A DNA stretch of 63,946 nt, counting the filler, from Octopus bimaculoides (Eukaryota): the NCBI RefSeq assembly GCF_001194135.2. It is 6 parts of 6 records of this genome, joined end to end, with 100 filler letters (N's around TTAATTAATTAA, not from the genome) between each part and the next. Parts side by side here need not be neighbours in the genome. Positions count along the whole stretch, not along the records: positions 19,519 to 40,813 come from NC_068992.1; positions 40,914 to 50,848 come from NC_068997.1; positions 50,949 to 53,477 come from NC_068983.1; 3 more parts are not named here. One strand, 5' to 3'. Position 1 is the first letter of the stretch. Each line of letters starts with the position of its first letter. The translations under genes and the position numbers were made by a program. The notes beneath the pieces are model-generated. The model made no database searches and had not been told where the DNA came from. It was given only the letters and a program-made list of their open reading frames with translations. Of the stretch, positions 38,855 to 50,970 are shown piece by piece.

Positions 38855-39090
38855 GTGCAGGTGCATGGTTTAATGGTTAGGGTGTCAGCATCATGATCGT
38901 AAGATTGTGGTTTCGATTCCTGGACCGAGCGAAGCGTTGTGTTCTTGAGCAAAATACTTCATTTTACGTTGCTCCAGTCCACTCAGCTGGCAAAAATGAG
39001 TAACGCTGCGATGGACTGGCGTCCCGTCCAGCTGAGGAACATATACGCCATAAAAACCCAAGAGCCTGGCTAGGCTTTTAAAAGAGCGCA
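38855..39090 (+). mobile_element. SINE-4 (tRNA-like head)
   Basis: tggtttaatggttaggg...ggtttcgattcctggaccg (A/B boxes). Its 3' end gagcctggctaggcttt-aaaa also occurs at 38298-38325. Confidence 0.75.
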
Positions 39091-40579
39091 TTTATCATTT
39101 GTTATAGTCCCAATAAAGGTGATGTGATGCCTTGTTTTCGAAACTCTAACGTTCCAGCAAGCCAAGACACTGCTCTGGTGCTTTTCATCATAAAGGAATG
39201 AAACTTAATTTGCTTCAGGGGGATGAATGTCAGATTGCCAAACATCGATACTGAGCAGATGCAGCAGACATACTATACAAGCTTCTAAAACATCTGAGCA
39301 TTCGATGTCTTAATACATAGAAACATACATACATGCATACATGCATGCATGTATGCATACATACATACATACATACATACATGCATGCATGCATGCGTGC
39401 ACACATACATACATACATACATATATACATAAATACATACACACAGAAAGAGCTAGCTTGGAACATGGGTAGATAGATACATAACTGACTAACTAGATAG
39501 GTGAATAGATAGATTTATATTTCGATAGTTAGATCGATGGACAGATAAACAGATAGGTGGGCAGATAGATATACGTACATATATTTATGACAAATGTGTG
39601 AAGTTATATTATTTATTCAGGTGTATGTCATTTAAAATGTCACTTAAGTGAGAACTACTATTGCCTCGTACGTTCTGTTTCAAATAAATCATAATATCTG
39701 TTGCTCCTCCATGACATACCAACATATTAAGATCTATCTTGAGGAGGCATTTTCTCTTACAGTAATCACTATGAAACCTTCAAAGACATTACCACTAGAA
39801 CGATGTCTCAAATCATGCTTAATTAATTCCTGTCAATTTTCACTACATTGATTTGTTCTTGGTTTACTATGAGTAAGTCTTATTATTAAATGGAATGACT
39901 TTTGCTAAACTAACTTCAGTATGTCTCACAGGTTATTCTTCTTTTATTTAGATACACATTTTGTTTGCTATACATGTATGAATATAACACATTTTTGATA
40001 TCGATTGATATATATAAGTTCTGTACACACACGTGATTTGAAAAACTTTACGAGATAAATTATTGCTAAGTTTGAATCAAAACAGTCACCCGTAGACACA
40101 CAGGTAACCACGCGTGCACACACACACATACTCTCACAAACACATACTCTCACAAACACACAAACGCACACGTACACGCACACATATGTATGTATATCTA
40201 TGCCAATCAATCAATATGTGTGTGTCTTATTGGTAGTGAAACATATATCGAGATGATTGCTCGTATATACATATGAATTTTAATATATATTTTGAAGCTG
40301 GAAATTAGCGAATGCTTCCTTTGTGTAATACTACTTTGTAATTTATAAAAACCATTTCAACCCCCTTGGAATCATTAAATCTATTGTAAATATGCATACT
40401 TTGTCATAATCGCATTAAAATAATTTATAGATATTTAGAATTGTGATTGTGCATCTAAGACCTGTACGAATAGATTCTAATTTAGTGTCGGTGCTTGTGC
40501 TGTCATGGTGAGAGTGTCAGTCTACAGTGCATTTGGAACTAACATACATACATACTTACATTCATACATACACACATAT

Positions 40580-40600
40580 ATAGTAATAATAATAATAATG

Positions 40601-40688
<88 letters not shown>

Positions 40689-40715
40689 TAATAATAATAA
40701 TAATAATAATAATAA
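40580..40715. repeat. (AAT)n microsatellite
   Basis: Direct. Confidence 0.95.
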
Positions 40716-40813
40716 GACCTTGTGGATAAATAACATCCAGAACAAAATTAAAAAAAAGAGAAAAGATTTATCGATTCTCAACGAAATTAGTAAACAATCA
40801 ACACTACTAAGTA

Positions 40814-40913
40814 NNNNNNNNNNNNNNNNNNNNNNNNNNNNNNNNNNNNNNNNNNNNTTAATTAATTAANNNNNNNNNNNNNNNNNNNNNNNNNNNNNNN
40901 NNNNNNNNNNNNN
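40814..40913. other. artificial scaffold join
   Basis: TTAATTAATTAA at 40858-40869 between 44-N blocks. Confidence 0.95.
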
Positions 40914-41238
40914 ATCGCGGTTTCGATTCCTAGACCGGGCGTTGTGAGTGTTTATTGAATGAAAACACCTAAAACTCCACGAGGCTCCGACAGGGGGTGG
41001 TGGCGAACCCTGCTGTACTCTTCCACCACAACTTTCTCTCACTCTTTCTTCCTGTTTCTGTTGTACCTGTATTTCAAAGGGCCAGCCTTGTCACGCTGAA
41101 TATCCCCGAGAACTACGTTAGGGGTACACGTGTCTGTGGAGTGCTCAACCACTTGCACGTTAATTTCACGAGCAGGCTGTTCCGTTGATCGGATTAACTG
41201 GAACCCTCGACGTCGTAAGCGACGGAGTGCCAACAACA
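40914..41238 (+). mobile_element. SINE-2 at scaffold edge
   Basis: Body and 3' end (gtcgtaagcgacggagtgccaacaac) match other copies. Confidence 0.92.
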
Positions 41239-41299
41239 ATAGTCTCAGAAAGATTTCGAAATATTTTGTGAAGTCCTATATATCTATTCTTGTGAGCTC

Positions 41300-41825
41300 T
41301 TCAGATACGTGAAGGCCTAGAGATTATGATGTTGGAATTACGATTATAAGACCTCGAGTTCGATTCTTGGACCGGGTGGAGCGTTGTGTCCTTGAACAAG
41401 GCACTTCTCACGCTGTTCCGATCTATTCAACCACGGGCCAAGTGTTGACGCGGCTCAGTCTTCCACTTGTGGTTACACCCTTGATGTTTCACAGGGTCAA
41501 AGTTAAGAGGGCCGAGAATGTGTCTATGTCTTTTCTTTTTTTAACATATAACTGGCACTCCGTCGGTCACGACGACAAGTGTCCCAGTTGGTCTGGTCAA
41601 CGGAACAGCCTGCTCTTGAAATGGACGTGCAAGTGACTGAGCACTCCACAGATTCAGCGTGACACAGAATGAAATACAAGTACAACTCACTTTTGCCAGC
41701 TTAGTGGACTGGAGCAAGGTGAAATAAAGTGTCATTGCTTAAGGACAAAGCGCACTACCAGAAATCGAACTCATGACCTTACGATCAAGAACCGAATACT
41801 CTAACCACTAATCTACGCGCCTTCA
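41300..41825. mobile_element. cluster: SINE-4-like (+, about 41300-41460), SINE-2 fragment (-, 41556-41670), SINE-4-like (-, 41670-41825)
   Basis: B-box-like gagttcgattc heads and the shared gctccagtccact..gctggcaaaa motif of 38855-39090. Confidence 0.6.
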
Positions 41826-41849
41826 CTGTCTGTGTCTACTCACAACTAT

Positions 41850-42242
41850 GTTGTTGTTGTTGGCACTCCGTCGCTTACGACGACGAGGGTTCCAGTTGAT
41901 CCTATCAACGGAACAACCTGCTCGTGAAATTAACGTGCAAGTGGCTGAGCACTCCACAGACACGTGTACCCTTAACGTAGTTCTCGGGGATATTCAGCGT
42001 GACACAGTGTGACAAGGCTGGCCCCTTTGAAATACAGGCACAACAGAAACAGGAAGTAAGAGTGAGAGAAAGTTGTGGTGGAAGAGTACAGCAGGGTTCG
42101 CCACCATTCCCTGCCAGAGCCTCGTGGAGCTTTTAGGTGTTTTCGCTCAATAAACACTCACAACGCCCGGTCTGGGAATCGAAACCGCGATCCTCCGACC
42201 GCGAGTCCGCTGCCCTAACCACTGGGCCATTGCGCCCCCCAC
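41850..42242 (-). mobile_element. SINE-2, full length, 12-bp TSD
   Basis: actcacaactat at 41838-41849 and 42243-42254; head tggcccagtgg (A box) and ggtttcgattcc (B box); (AAC)n tail. Confidence 0.95.
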
Positions 42243-42454
42243 ACTCACAACTATATATGGGTCTAAAACAACGAAACCATGGGACATGCTGCTAAGTCCT
42301 TGTTAGTGACAATCAAAATAATAGTGTTCAGGCGTAAAAACAGTAGAGTTTGTACAGGAATAGTTTGCTGCTACACTACACAGGGTAAGCAACTGTGTAA
42401 CATTGCTTATCTATGAGCTGGTAGAGTCATTGTAAAAATCTTTGTCCTGTATCA

Positions 42455-42852
42455 TTTACTTGTTTTAGTCATTGTACTGCGGCCATGCTGGGGCACCACC
42501 CTGAAGTTTTTTTTTTTCAGTCAAGCAAATCGACCCCAGTGCGTATTTTGTTTTTTTCAAGTCAGGTACTTACTGTATCGGTTCTCTTTTGCTGAACCGC
42601 TAAGTTAGAGGGACGTGTACAGGCCAACACCAGTTGTCAAGCAAGCGATGGGGGTGCAGAAACACAGACGCAAAGACACACACACACGATGGGCTTCCAC
42701 ACAGTTTCCGTCTACTAAATTCACTCACAAGGCACTAGTCGGCCCGGGGCTATAATGGAAGACACTTGCCCAGTGTGTCCCACAGTGGGACTGAACCCGA
42801 AACCGTGTGGCTGCAAAGAGCAAGCTTCTTAACAACACAGCAATACCGGCAC
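42455..42852 (-). mobile_element. SINE-1, full length
   Basis: Same two-part layout as 2001-2404. Confidence 0.85.
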
Positions 42853-43084
42853 CTAAGCTTCTTAGCCACTCTTGGTAGGTTCCGTTTGAATAAGAGAACA
42901 TTGAATGACAGCATAGACACCTCATAGGTAGTAAATTGGCAGAGTGTTATAGTGTGGGGCGAAAAATACCCCGTGGCATTTGTTCTGGTTCACTGCACTC
43001 TGAGTTCAAATCTCACAGAAGCCAGCTTTGCCTTTCACTCCTTCGGGATCGATAAAAACAAAGTATGTCCGCAGTACTGGTGCT

Positions 43085-43465
43085 TATGACCTCTCAATGT
43101 GGAGAAGTACCGGTTCGAGCTGGAGAAACACCCTGGTTTTCGAGCTACGAACCCTGTCGAGCATTTTTACTCTGGAGATTCTTCGTGAGCCCCTTTTGTG
43201 GCTGCTTGTATTTGCGTTCTCTTTCGGTTATTACCCAACGTTCATGACCATAGATGATAGTTACGAAAACCGAACTGAAGATTGTAAGTTTGGCTTTTTT
43301 TTTTAACCAACCTCTCTTCCTGAGGGTTGAATTGTTTAGCTGGCGCATTACTGTGCCAGTACATGCAATTCTAGCATCTAATTCGGCCTCCTGGTTCCCG
43401 TTACTCGTGAATACGGCTTTGAGATTCTTAAACTTTCCCACTTGTCTCAGTGATGTTCTACTAAC
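43085..43465 (-). mobile_element. RTE-clade LINE ORF2 fragment (post-RT region)
   Basis: LRQVGKFKNL.AVFTSNGNQEAELDARI...KKAKLTIFSSVFVTIIYGHERWVITER, then LDRVRSS...EPVLLHIERS; typical RTE C-terminal pattern. Confidence 0.8.
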
Positions 43466-43789
43466 ATGCAGAATGTAAAATTTGTACACAATGTAAATTT
43501 CTGCGCACAGCCACAACAAAAAATAAAGGTGGCCTGCCCTGATCAAGCAGATATATAATGAAAAGCATTTCAGCCTTGACCATCGTTTTAGGAATATCTT
43601 AGACTGTTATTATCTAATGTATTCTTTTTCCAAAATAGCAAGTTTGATTAAGAAAGATTTGGCTGTTATTTCTAGCATGTCGAATGACCACTTAGAAGTT
43701 CACTTAATGGTTAGAGACTGTGTGAATTATCTCCCTTGAACTCTAAGTTTGTCACATTCTATATACACCGAACTGTCAAAATAGTAACA

Positions 43790-45454
43790 GCTATCTCTGC
43801 CCGACATTTCAGGAATAGCTTTCTCTCAATCCATTTCTGGGTGTGAGAGGCCACCCTGCTCGTTACCTCATCCCAGTTTTTGTCCACTTGGAGGTCCGGA
43901 ACAAACCAGACCCCGACTAATTAAATCGGTCCGTCCGTCCATTGCCAGACTACGCTGTTGGTCGGCATGGACCTGTCACTCCAGGAGCAGAGCTGCAGTC
44001 TCACCGACATCTGGTTAATTTTTGCTCCTGTTATTGTCTCGTACTCCTTGAGAGCGGTGCCGATTATCGCTCGACATCACTATAGTGACGTCGTCGGCAT
44101 ATGCTGACACAGATCTCCTACATCCTAGTTCGCGCGGGATGCTCCTCAACGCCTCCAATTTGTGCAGTAATACAAAAGGGATGAAAAGGGACATCATTGG
44201 CGGACCGAACGCATGATGTTGCACGTTTCCGAAAGCTAACCGTCCACTCTAAGCACAGAGTGGATGTCGCTGTGCATTGCAGCGATCCAGTACCTGAAAA
44301 GAGGTCCGAAACCGGCTGCCTTGAGGACTTCCGCCAGGTAAAGGTAGTCGACTCTATCGAAAGATTTAGATTGATCTAAGTTGACCAGGGCCCCACCCGT
44401 GCCTCGTTCCTTTGCCGCCCTCTTTACGATGTATCGCATAAGATGGAGGTTGTCGTGGATGGATCTGTTTGGGATAGCGCATGTCTGTGCCTCCTCCACT
44501 GTCCCCAACCTCTTTGCCAACACCTTAGCCAAAATCTTAAACTCTGCATTTAGCAGAGTTATGGGCCTAAAATTATCGATATGGCCCATCGTGGTCCGCC
44601 AAAGACCAGATTGTGGCTTCATTGCCACGACGCACCTCTGCCACTCGGAGCCATCGAACGGCTTTCGTACCCTCGTATCGAAGAGCACGCACCCAAGCTC
44701 TGACAATACAGCCTTCGTGCTTTGCGTAGAAGAACTGGTTGAGAGCCAATCGCGCTGCAAGCACTTCAGTTGCGCTGCCTTTCGTAAAAGACTCTTCTAG
44801 ACTTCTAACTAGCTCACTCTCTAATTTAGTTTTCTCTATCGCTACTCCTTTACTAAACCTTATGTATTCTACTCTAATCGTCCTTTTCAGGGCAAACCAC
44901 TATTTGTTGTTGACGATTGCTCTAGTCAACGTCCGCTTGACTAATTCCTTAATCCGGTCTTTGTAGGCCTTGCGCGCCAGAAAGGACGCGTTCAGCTTCC
45001 AGTAACAGGGACCCTGTCTATGAAATCCATCTAAGCCGGCTATACAGATCCCGAATTTGTGTAACCGATGACTTTAAACAGTGGACGACTTATAGTACCT
45101 TTATCTGCTGGCCTATAAAATACCCTAACTAGATACGACCTGGATGACCCGATGCGGTTCGTCCATGTGCACACTGGCACATGGAAAATCCAGTTGGTAC
45201 CTGTCAGACAATTGAAACTGTCTGAGAAGCTTTGCAAGGCTTTTACACCTTCCTCCTCTATCTGATAAACTCACGCAGTCCCACTGTGCGTCTAAGATAC
45301 CGATCCAGTCTCCCACAAGCACTAAAGAGCGAAACGTTCCTAGAAAGGTCTCAAGGTGCCTGAAGAAATCCGGCCGTCCTGCCCCTGCCGAGGCATATAC
45401 AGCTAATAGCCTGAAAGCATAGCCTTCACTGCTGGTCATGTCCAGCACTACCAA
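43790..45454 (-). mobile_element. decayed L1/Tx1-like LINE ORF2 (APE endonuclease and RT fragments)
   Basis: Endonuclease-like FRLLAVYA...LVLVGDW; RT motifs NFRPITLLNAEFKILAKVLAKRL, NRSIHDNL, LDQSKSFDRVD and SAYADD, in broken frames. Confidence 0.88.
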
Positions 45455-45462
45455 CTTAACTT

Positions 45463-45506
<44 letters not shown>

Positions 45507-45514
45507 TAATAATA

Positions 45515-46460
45515 GACGTAGGTATGGAATTTGGGATAGAAAAGTGCTATTATTGAAAATAAAACGAGGAAGATTTGAAAGAATCCAGGGAATTGAAATG
45601 CCTAATGGGAAAACAATGAGAGCATTTGAGAAAGGACAGTGGTACAATTGCTTGGGAATACTAGAAGCAGATGAGAATAAAAAATGAAGAAATGAAACAA
45701 ATTAACAGTAGAGAATACACAAGGAGAGTCAGAGCTGGATTCCAAAAATCTTATGAAGCAATAAATTCAAGAGCAGTACCCATAATCAGATATGGAGTTG
45801 GAATTAGACTAGACCAAAAACGATATAAAGAAACTTGACAGGAAAACTAGGAAGTTGTTGACGATGTATGAAGCCCACCATCTGATATCAAGCTGTACCT
45901 GAGGAGAGATCAGGGTGGAAGAGGCTTAATAGAAGAATGTAGAAGAATGTGTACAGATAGAAAGAAAAAGTCTAGCAGAGTATTTACAGAGCAGGACAGA
46001 TAAACAATTGATAAAGAACAAGTGATGAAGCGCGTTATAGGAGAAAAAGACAAGAATGAAATACAAAGAGAGCACGTCAGATAGATCGAAGAGAAACCTC
46101 TGTATGGCCAACTTTGGAGAGCCACTGAAGACGTATGTGGAACAAAATCCTGGGATTGGTTAAAAAAGAGAGAATTAAAAAAAAGAAGCAGTGAGCCTAG
46201 TTGTAGCAGCCCAAGATCAAGCGATAAAAACAAATAACATGAGAAGAAATATATATGGAGAGAATGTGTCAGAAAAATATAGAGATTGTGGAACTTGGAA
46301 CGAGACAGGGGCACACATTGTGGAAGAATGCCCCAAGCTGGAGTAAGAATATAAGAAATGGAGGCACGAAGAGGCTGTAAAAGTTTTACACTGGAAACTG
46401 TGCTAGAAATGGGGATTTGAAACTAGAAACACATGGTACAATCATCGAGTCGAAAGAATA
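45515..46460 (+). mobile_element. R4/Dong-like LINE fragment, 5' truncated at an (AAT)n tract
   Basis: Broken frames read GMEFGIEK..., DIKKLDRKTRKLLTMY..HH, LYLRRDQGGRGL and the CCHC knuckle remnant CGTWNETGAHIVEECP. Confidence 0.75.
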
Positions 46461-46479
46461 CTAATTCTCGTATGAGCCC

Positions 46480-48395
46480 TGGCAACCTTATGCTGCAAGG
46501 GCTCATACGGCTCTAAAGATCAGTTATTAATCCATAAAGCAAGCCATAAGTGAAGACAGCCGAAAGAAAAAGAAGGGTCTAAGCATGGCTTGGATCGATT
46601 ATCGAAAGCCTTTTGAAAGTATTCCCCACACATGGATCCTGGAAACACAAGCTTTGAAAGAGTAGTACCAACTATCATAAAATATATAAAACATTCTGTG
46701 AATAAATGGCAAACAGTACTACAGCTTCAGACTAAAGAGGGACTCATAAAAACTAAAGCCATCCCTATTAGAAGAGAAACATTCCAGGGATACACGCTCT
46801 CTCCACTCATTTTCTGCTTGGCACTGACACTTTTATCTGACATGCTAAACAGAACTGGATGTGGATACAACTGCTACGGTAAAACAGTTATCTCTTGTAC
46901 ATGGATGATCTAAAACTGTATGCTGCAAATGACAAACAGCTGGAAACATTGGTACAGGCAGCTCATGGATTTACCCAAGAAATAAACATGAAATTCGGCT
47001 TAGAAAAAAAAACTAGTTAAAAGTAACAATACTACACTAGATAAAGCAAATTAAATAAGAGAATTAGACCAAAGCCAGACATACAAATGCTTAAGAATCA
47101 ATGAACTAGACACGGTACAACACATACAAGTGCAAGAGTGCATACAAGTGCAAGAGTGCATACAAGTGCAAGAATACTATAGATGAGTTAGATTAACACT
47201 GAAAACAAAGCTCAATGTGAAAAACAAGATAATAGGTATCAGCACTGTAACCGCCCCAGTTACAAGTTATAGCTACAATATTCTTAATTGGACTCCAAAT
47301 GAACTAATAAAACGAGACAGGAAAAGAAGAAAAATAATTACAGAATTTAGGATGCACCACCCAAAATCTGACATAAAAATGTTATATATACAACGTATTG
47401 AAGATGGAAGAAGCCTTATACAGCTAGAAATCTATTATAAAAATAGCCACCATAGGATTACAGAAATACCTAATGAAATCGTAGTATCTGATAACTGTGA
47501 AGAAAAAGAAGAAACAACAAAAGCTGCAAGACTACTGAAATCCAGACTAAAACTGGAACAACAAAGTGTCATGATAAAACGATGGCAAAAAAAGCCTTTA
47601 CATGGCAAATATTGGGCTAAACAGAAAAGAAATAGACAAAGTAAATTCCCAACAATGGCTGAGAAGCTCAGGACTCAAAGCAGAGACTGAAGGATTTTTA
47701 ATTGCAGTACAAGATCAAAGCCTCCCCACCAGAAATCACCGAAAACACATAATGAAAAACTATAAATAACTTCAGAATGGGGAAGAAACAATAAATCATA
47801 TTGTCTCTGGCTGCCCAGTCTTAGCTAAGATGGAATATAACGACAGACAATGATAGAGTTGGGACCTGTATACACTGGAAGCTATGCCAACACTATGGAA
47901 TGACAACAGAAAAAAGATGGTATTCGCGCACTCCAGAAAGGGTCTCAGAAAACGACAAAAGCTACCATACTCTGAGATATGTCAATACACACAAATAGAG
48001 AAATGAAGGCTAATAGACCGGAAATATTTGTCAGAGATCACCAAGAAAAAAATGCCCTTGAATCGGTGTATCACTACCAATAGATGGCAATGTATCTCTA
48101 AAAGAAACGGAGAAACTCTCAAAGTACAAAGATCTGGAAATAGAGGTAACTCGAATTGTGGAGCCTAAAAACAGAAACAATCCCTTTAATAACAGGTGCA
48201 TTGGGTATGATTAAAAAACATTCAGACAAATACATAACCAAAACGTCAGGGCTTGTGATTGCATATAACACACAGAAAATAGCACTTCTTGGCACTGAAC
48301 ACATCCTACGTAAAGCACTTTTAATACAGTTAAAAATAAAAGCACCACAACAAATCACAGCACGTACCCAAGGCACACAGAGCTGCGCTCGGAAG
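46480..48395 (+). mobile_element. R4/Dong-like LINE (RT, CCHC, restriction-like endonuclease), decayed, 3' end present
   Basis: GSYGSKDQLLI, SMAWIDYRK.F.SIPHTWI, FQG.TLSPLIFCLAL, YMDDLKLYA, KANRPEI, EKLSKYKDLEIEV and IPLITGALG, across multiple frameshifts. Confidence 0.88.
47123..47174 (+). repeat. 18-bp tandem triplication inside the LINE
   Basis: catacaagtgcaagagtg twice, plus a third copy matching over 15 bp. Confidence 0.9.
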
Positions 48396-49712
48396 TTGGT
48401 ATGAAGGGATCAGAGGTGCTTCGAATTAGCGTGCATATGTGTTTGGTAGGGAGATTTTGTGTGCGTAGTCTGGAGATGGACACAAAGCGGGCAGCAAATG
48501 TAGAGGCTGTATCTCTGGGAGTAATACTTATACAACTATTATGTTTGAAAAGTGGAGAGAAGAAGGGTTTCGGGAAGTTACTGGAAATCTTTTTGATAAA
48601 GGATAAAAAAAAAAAAAAATTTTTAATCAAGGGAGCTTGCTTGCTGTGTGATGCATATGAGAACTTTTCATTGTTCGGTTGATAGATTTGTGGGAGTTGC
48701 GGTGCGACATGAGAGGTATCCTATTTGTAGGAGTGGGTAATTTTCTCTAGGTGTTAGAAGCGATACCATTTGCCTAAATTGCTTCGACACATCTATGTTG
48801 TTTCAAGATGAATTGATATATTCTTATCAATAAACGGAGATAGTCATCACAGTTACCTGCTTGATCTTCTTTCCATAATTTCTATTTCTTTGAGAGACAA
48901 AAACAATACTTACCATTTATGTAAAGATTTATTTGAGATTATTCAACGCTGACACAAAGGATAAATAATTGTCGCTCAGTACGTTATCTCGAGAAACACC
49001 ACGTTTTATCTTCGTTTTATTTAATGTTATGTAACTGTTCTTTTACAAATTTTTTTGGCTTGATTTAAATGTGATGAGCCATTCTTTCTCCAATTGATTT
49101 TTAAAAATTAAAACTTGATGTTCCACAGTGTTAAAAACTTTGGAGATCAAATTTGACCATTCCTGCAAATAAAACTTTCCCATTGTTGTTTTAAGGGATT
49201 TATTAAATTGCTTATGAATGTTTCGATCGAAATTTTCATGTTTGAAATTTAATTGGAAGTTAAATAATAGGTTATATTTTTATATTAAAATATCTGATTA
49301 TATTGCATTTTCTAATATTTTTGAGATTACACTTAACAAGTCTAATCTGGTTGGCAGTCCAAAGTAAATGCTCATTTAATTTATTATATATTGCGTAAAA
49401 ACACTGGTTTATTAGATACAGAAGTATAATTTACAAAACATGTACAAAACCATTTTGAAATTTGACTGCTACTTCATCTATTATAAAATTCAACTTTTTA
49501 ATCAAATTTTTATTTATTGTTAAAATAAATATAAATTGTTCGCTTTTTTTCATTGAAATAGCTAATAATTTGACATATCTTGTGTAAAATCTTAAGTAGA
49601 CTTTGTTAATCCCATAAGCAATGGAAAATTAATATGTGCGATGTAGGAGCTGAAAGTATTTGAATTCATAACATCATAACTGTTATTAATGGCATGACTG
49701 TTACGTCATTAA

Positions 49713-49930
49713 GGCGGCGAGCTAGCAAAATCGTTAGCACGCCAGACAAAATGCTTACGGTATTATGTCCGTCTTTACTTCTGAGTTCAAATTCTGCCGA
49801 GGTTGACTTTGCATTTTATCTTTGCGGGGCCGATAAAATAAGTACCAATTGATCACTAGAGGTCGATGTAATCGACTTACTCCCACCCTCAAAATTGCTG
49901 GCCATGTGCCAAAATTTGAAATCATTATTA
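49713..49930 (+). mobile_element. SINE-3
   Basis: ggcggcgagctagcaaaatcgttagcacgcc...gagttcaaattc...gataaaataagtacc. Confidence 0.85.
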
Positions 49931-49954
49931 TAGCTGTTATTTATGCTACTTAAT

Positions 49955-50327
49955 GTGGAGGTGCAACGGCCCAGTGGTTAGGGCAGCGGACTCGCGGTTT
50001 CGATTCCCAGACCGGGCGTTGTGAGTGTTTATTGAGCGAAAACACCTAAAGCTCCACGAGGCTCCGGCAGGGGATGGTGGCGGACCCTGCTGTACTCTTT
50101 CACCACAACTTGCTCTCACTCTTACTTCCTGTTTCTGTTGTGCCTGCAATTCAAAGGGTCAGCTTTGTCACACTCTGTGTCACGCTGAATATCCCCGAGA
50201 ACTACGTTAAGGGTACACGTGTCTGTGGAGTGCTCAGCCACTTGCACGTTAATTTCACGAGCAGGCCGTTCCGTTGATCGGATCAACTGGATCCTTCGAC
50301 GTCGTAAGCGACGGAGTGCCAACAACA
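49955..50327 (+). mobile_element. SINE-2, full length, 12-bp TSD (1 mismatch)
   Basis: atgctacttaat at 49943-49954 and atgttacttaat at 50328-50339. Confidence 0.93.
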
Positions 50328-50848
50328 ATGTTACTTAATATCATAATTATTATTTATGTTTCTTAATGTACAGCTGTTAATTTCCATTCATTTGTAAGAC
50401 TGTTTCTGCTGCAACATGGTTTATATAGAGTAATCCTATTTGGACGGCCGTTCTAGTGTTATTCCTGTTGTCTTTATCTCAGTCTTTAGGAGGTAAAATA
50501 AGTACCAACTAAGTACTGGGGTTTATCATTTAAAATAGTTGTACTTCGTATTTTCTTTTCATTGACCTTTATGCTTCATTCGTCTTTGAATTGAAATTCT
50601 TTCCTAAAAGTTCGTTCTGCTTATTTATGAAGGAAAAATTTAATAAATAATCTCGAACTCTCATGGTTTCAAATATACGCGAATTAATTGTTAATATAAT
50701 AGCTGCGTTCTGTTCCCAATTCTGAAGGTTTTCATAGCAAAAATAGCGTTTATTGAATTCACACACACACACACACACACGCAACACACATATACACATA
50801 CAATATTAATGTAATCATATAAACATACACACACAGACATATATATAA

Positions 50849-50948
50849 NNNNNNNNNNNNNNNNNNNNNNNNNNNNNNNNNNNNNNNNNNNNTTAATTAA
50901 TTAANNNNNNNNNNNNNNNNNNNNNNNNNNNNNNNNNNNNNNNNNNNN
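50849..50948. other. artificial scaffold join
   Basis: TTAATTAATTAA at 50893-50904 between 44-N blocks. Confidence 0.95.
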
Positions 50949-50970
50949 CTCTTCAACAGAAAGAATACGG
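50949..50970 (-). ncRNA. 5' half of a second A6U hammerhead-like copy, cut by the join
   Basis: Minus strand reads ccgtattcttt-CTGTTGA-A-GAG then N, matching tccttt-CTGTCGA-A-GAG at 33691-33707. Confidence 0.45.

Noticed and set aside
39754-39870. Strong acceptor plus GTAAGT donor on the plus strand
   Set aside because: All three frames contain stops, so at most a non-coding exon; unsupported.
41850-42242. tRNA genes at SINE heads (also 58349, 38855, 2404)
   Set aside because: A and B boxes are present, but there is no complete cloverleaf and they continue into repeat bodies, some with TSDs.
48400-48840. Possible Penelope-like ORF remnant on the minus strand
   Set aside because: No diagnostic RT or GIY-YIG motif could be recovered.
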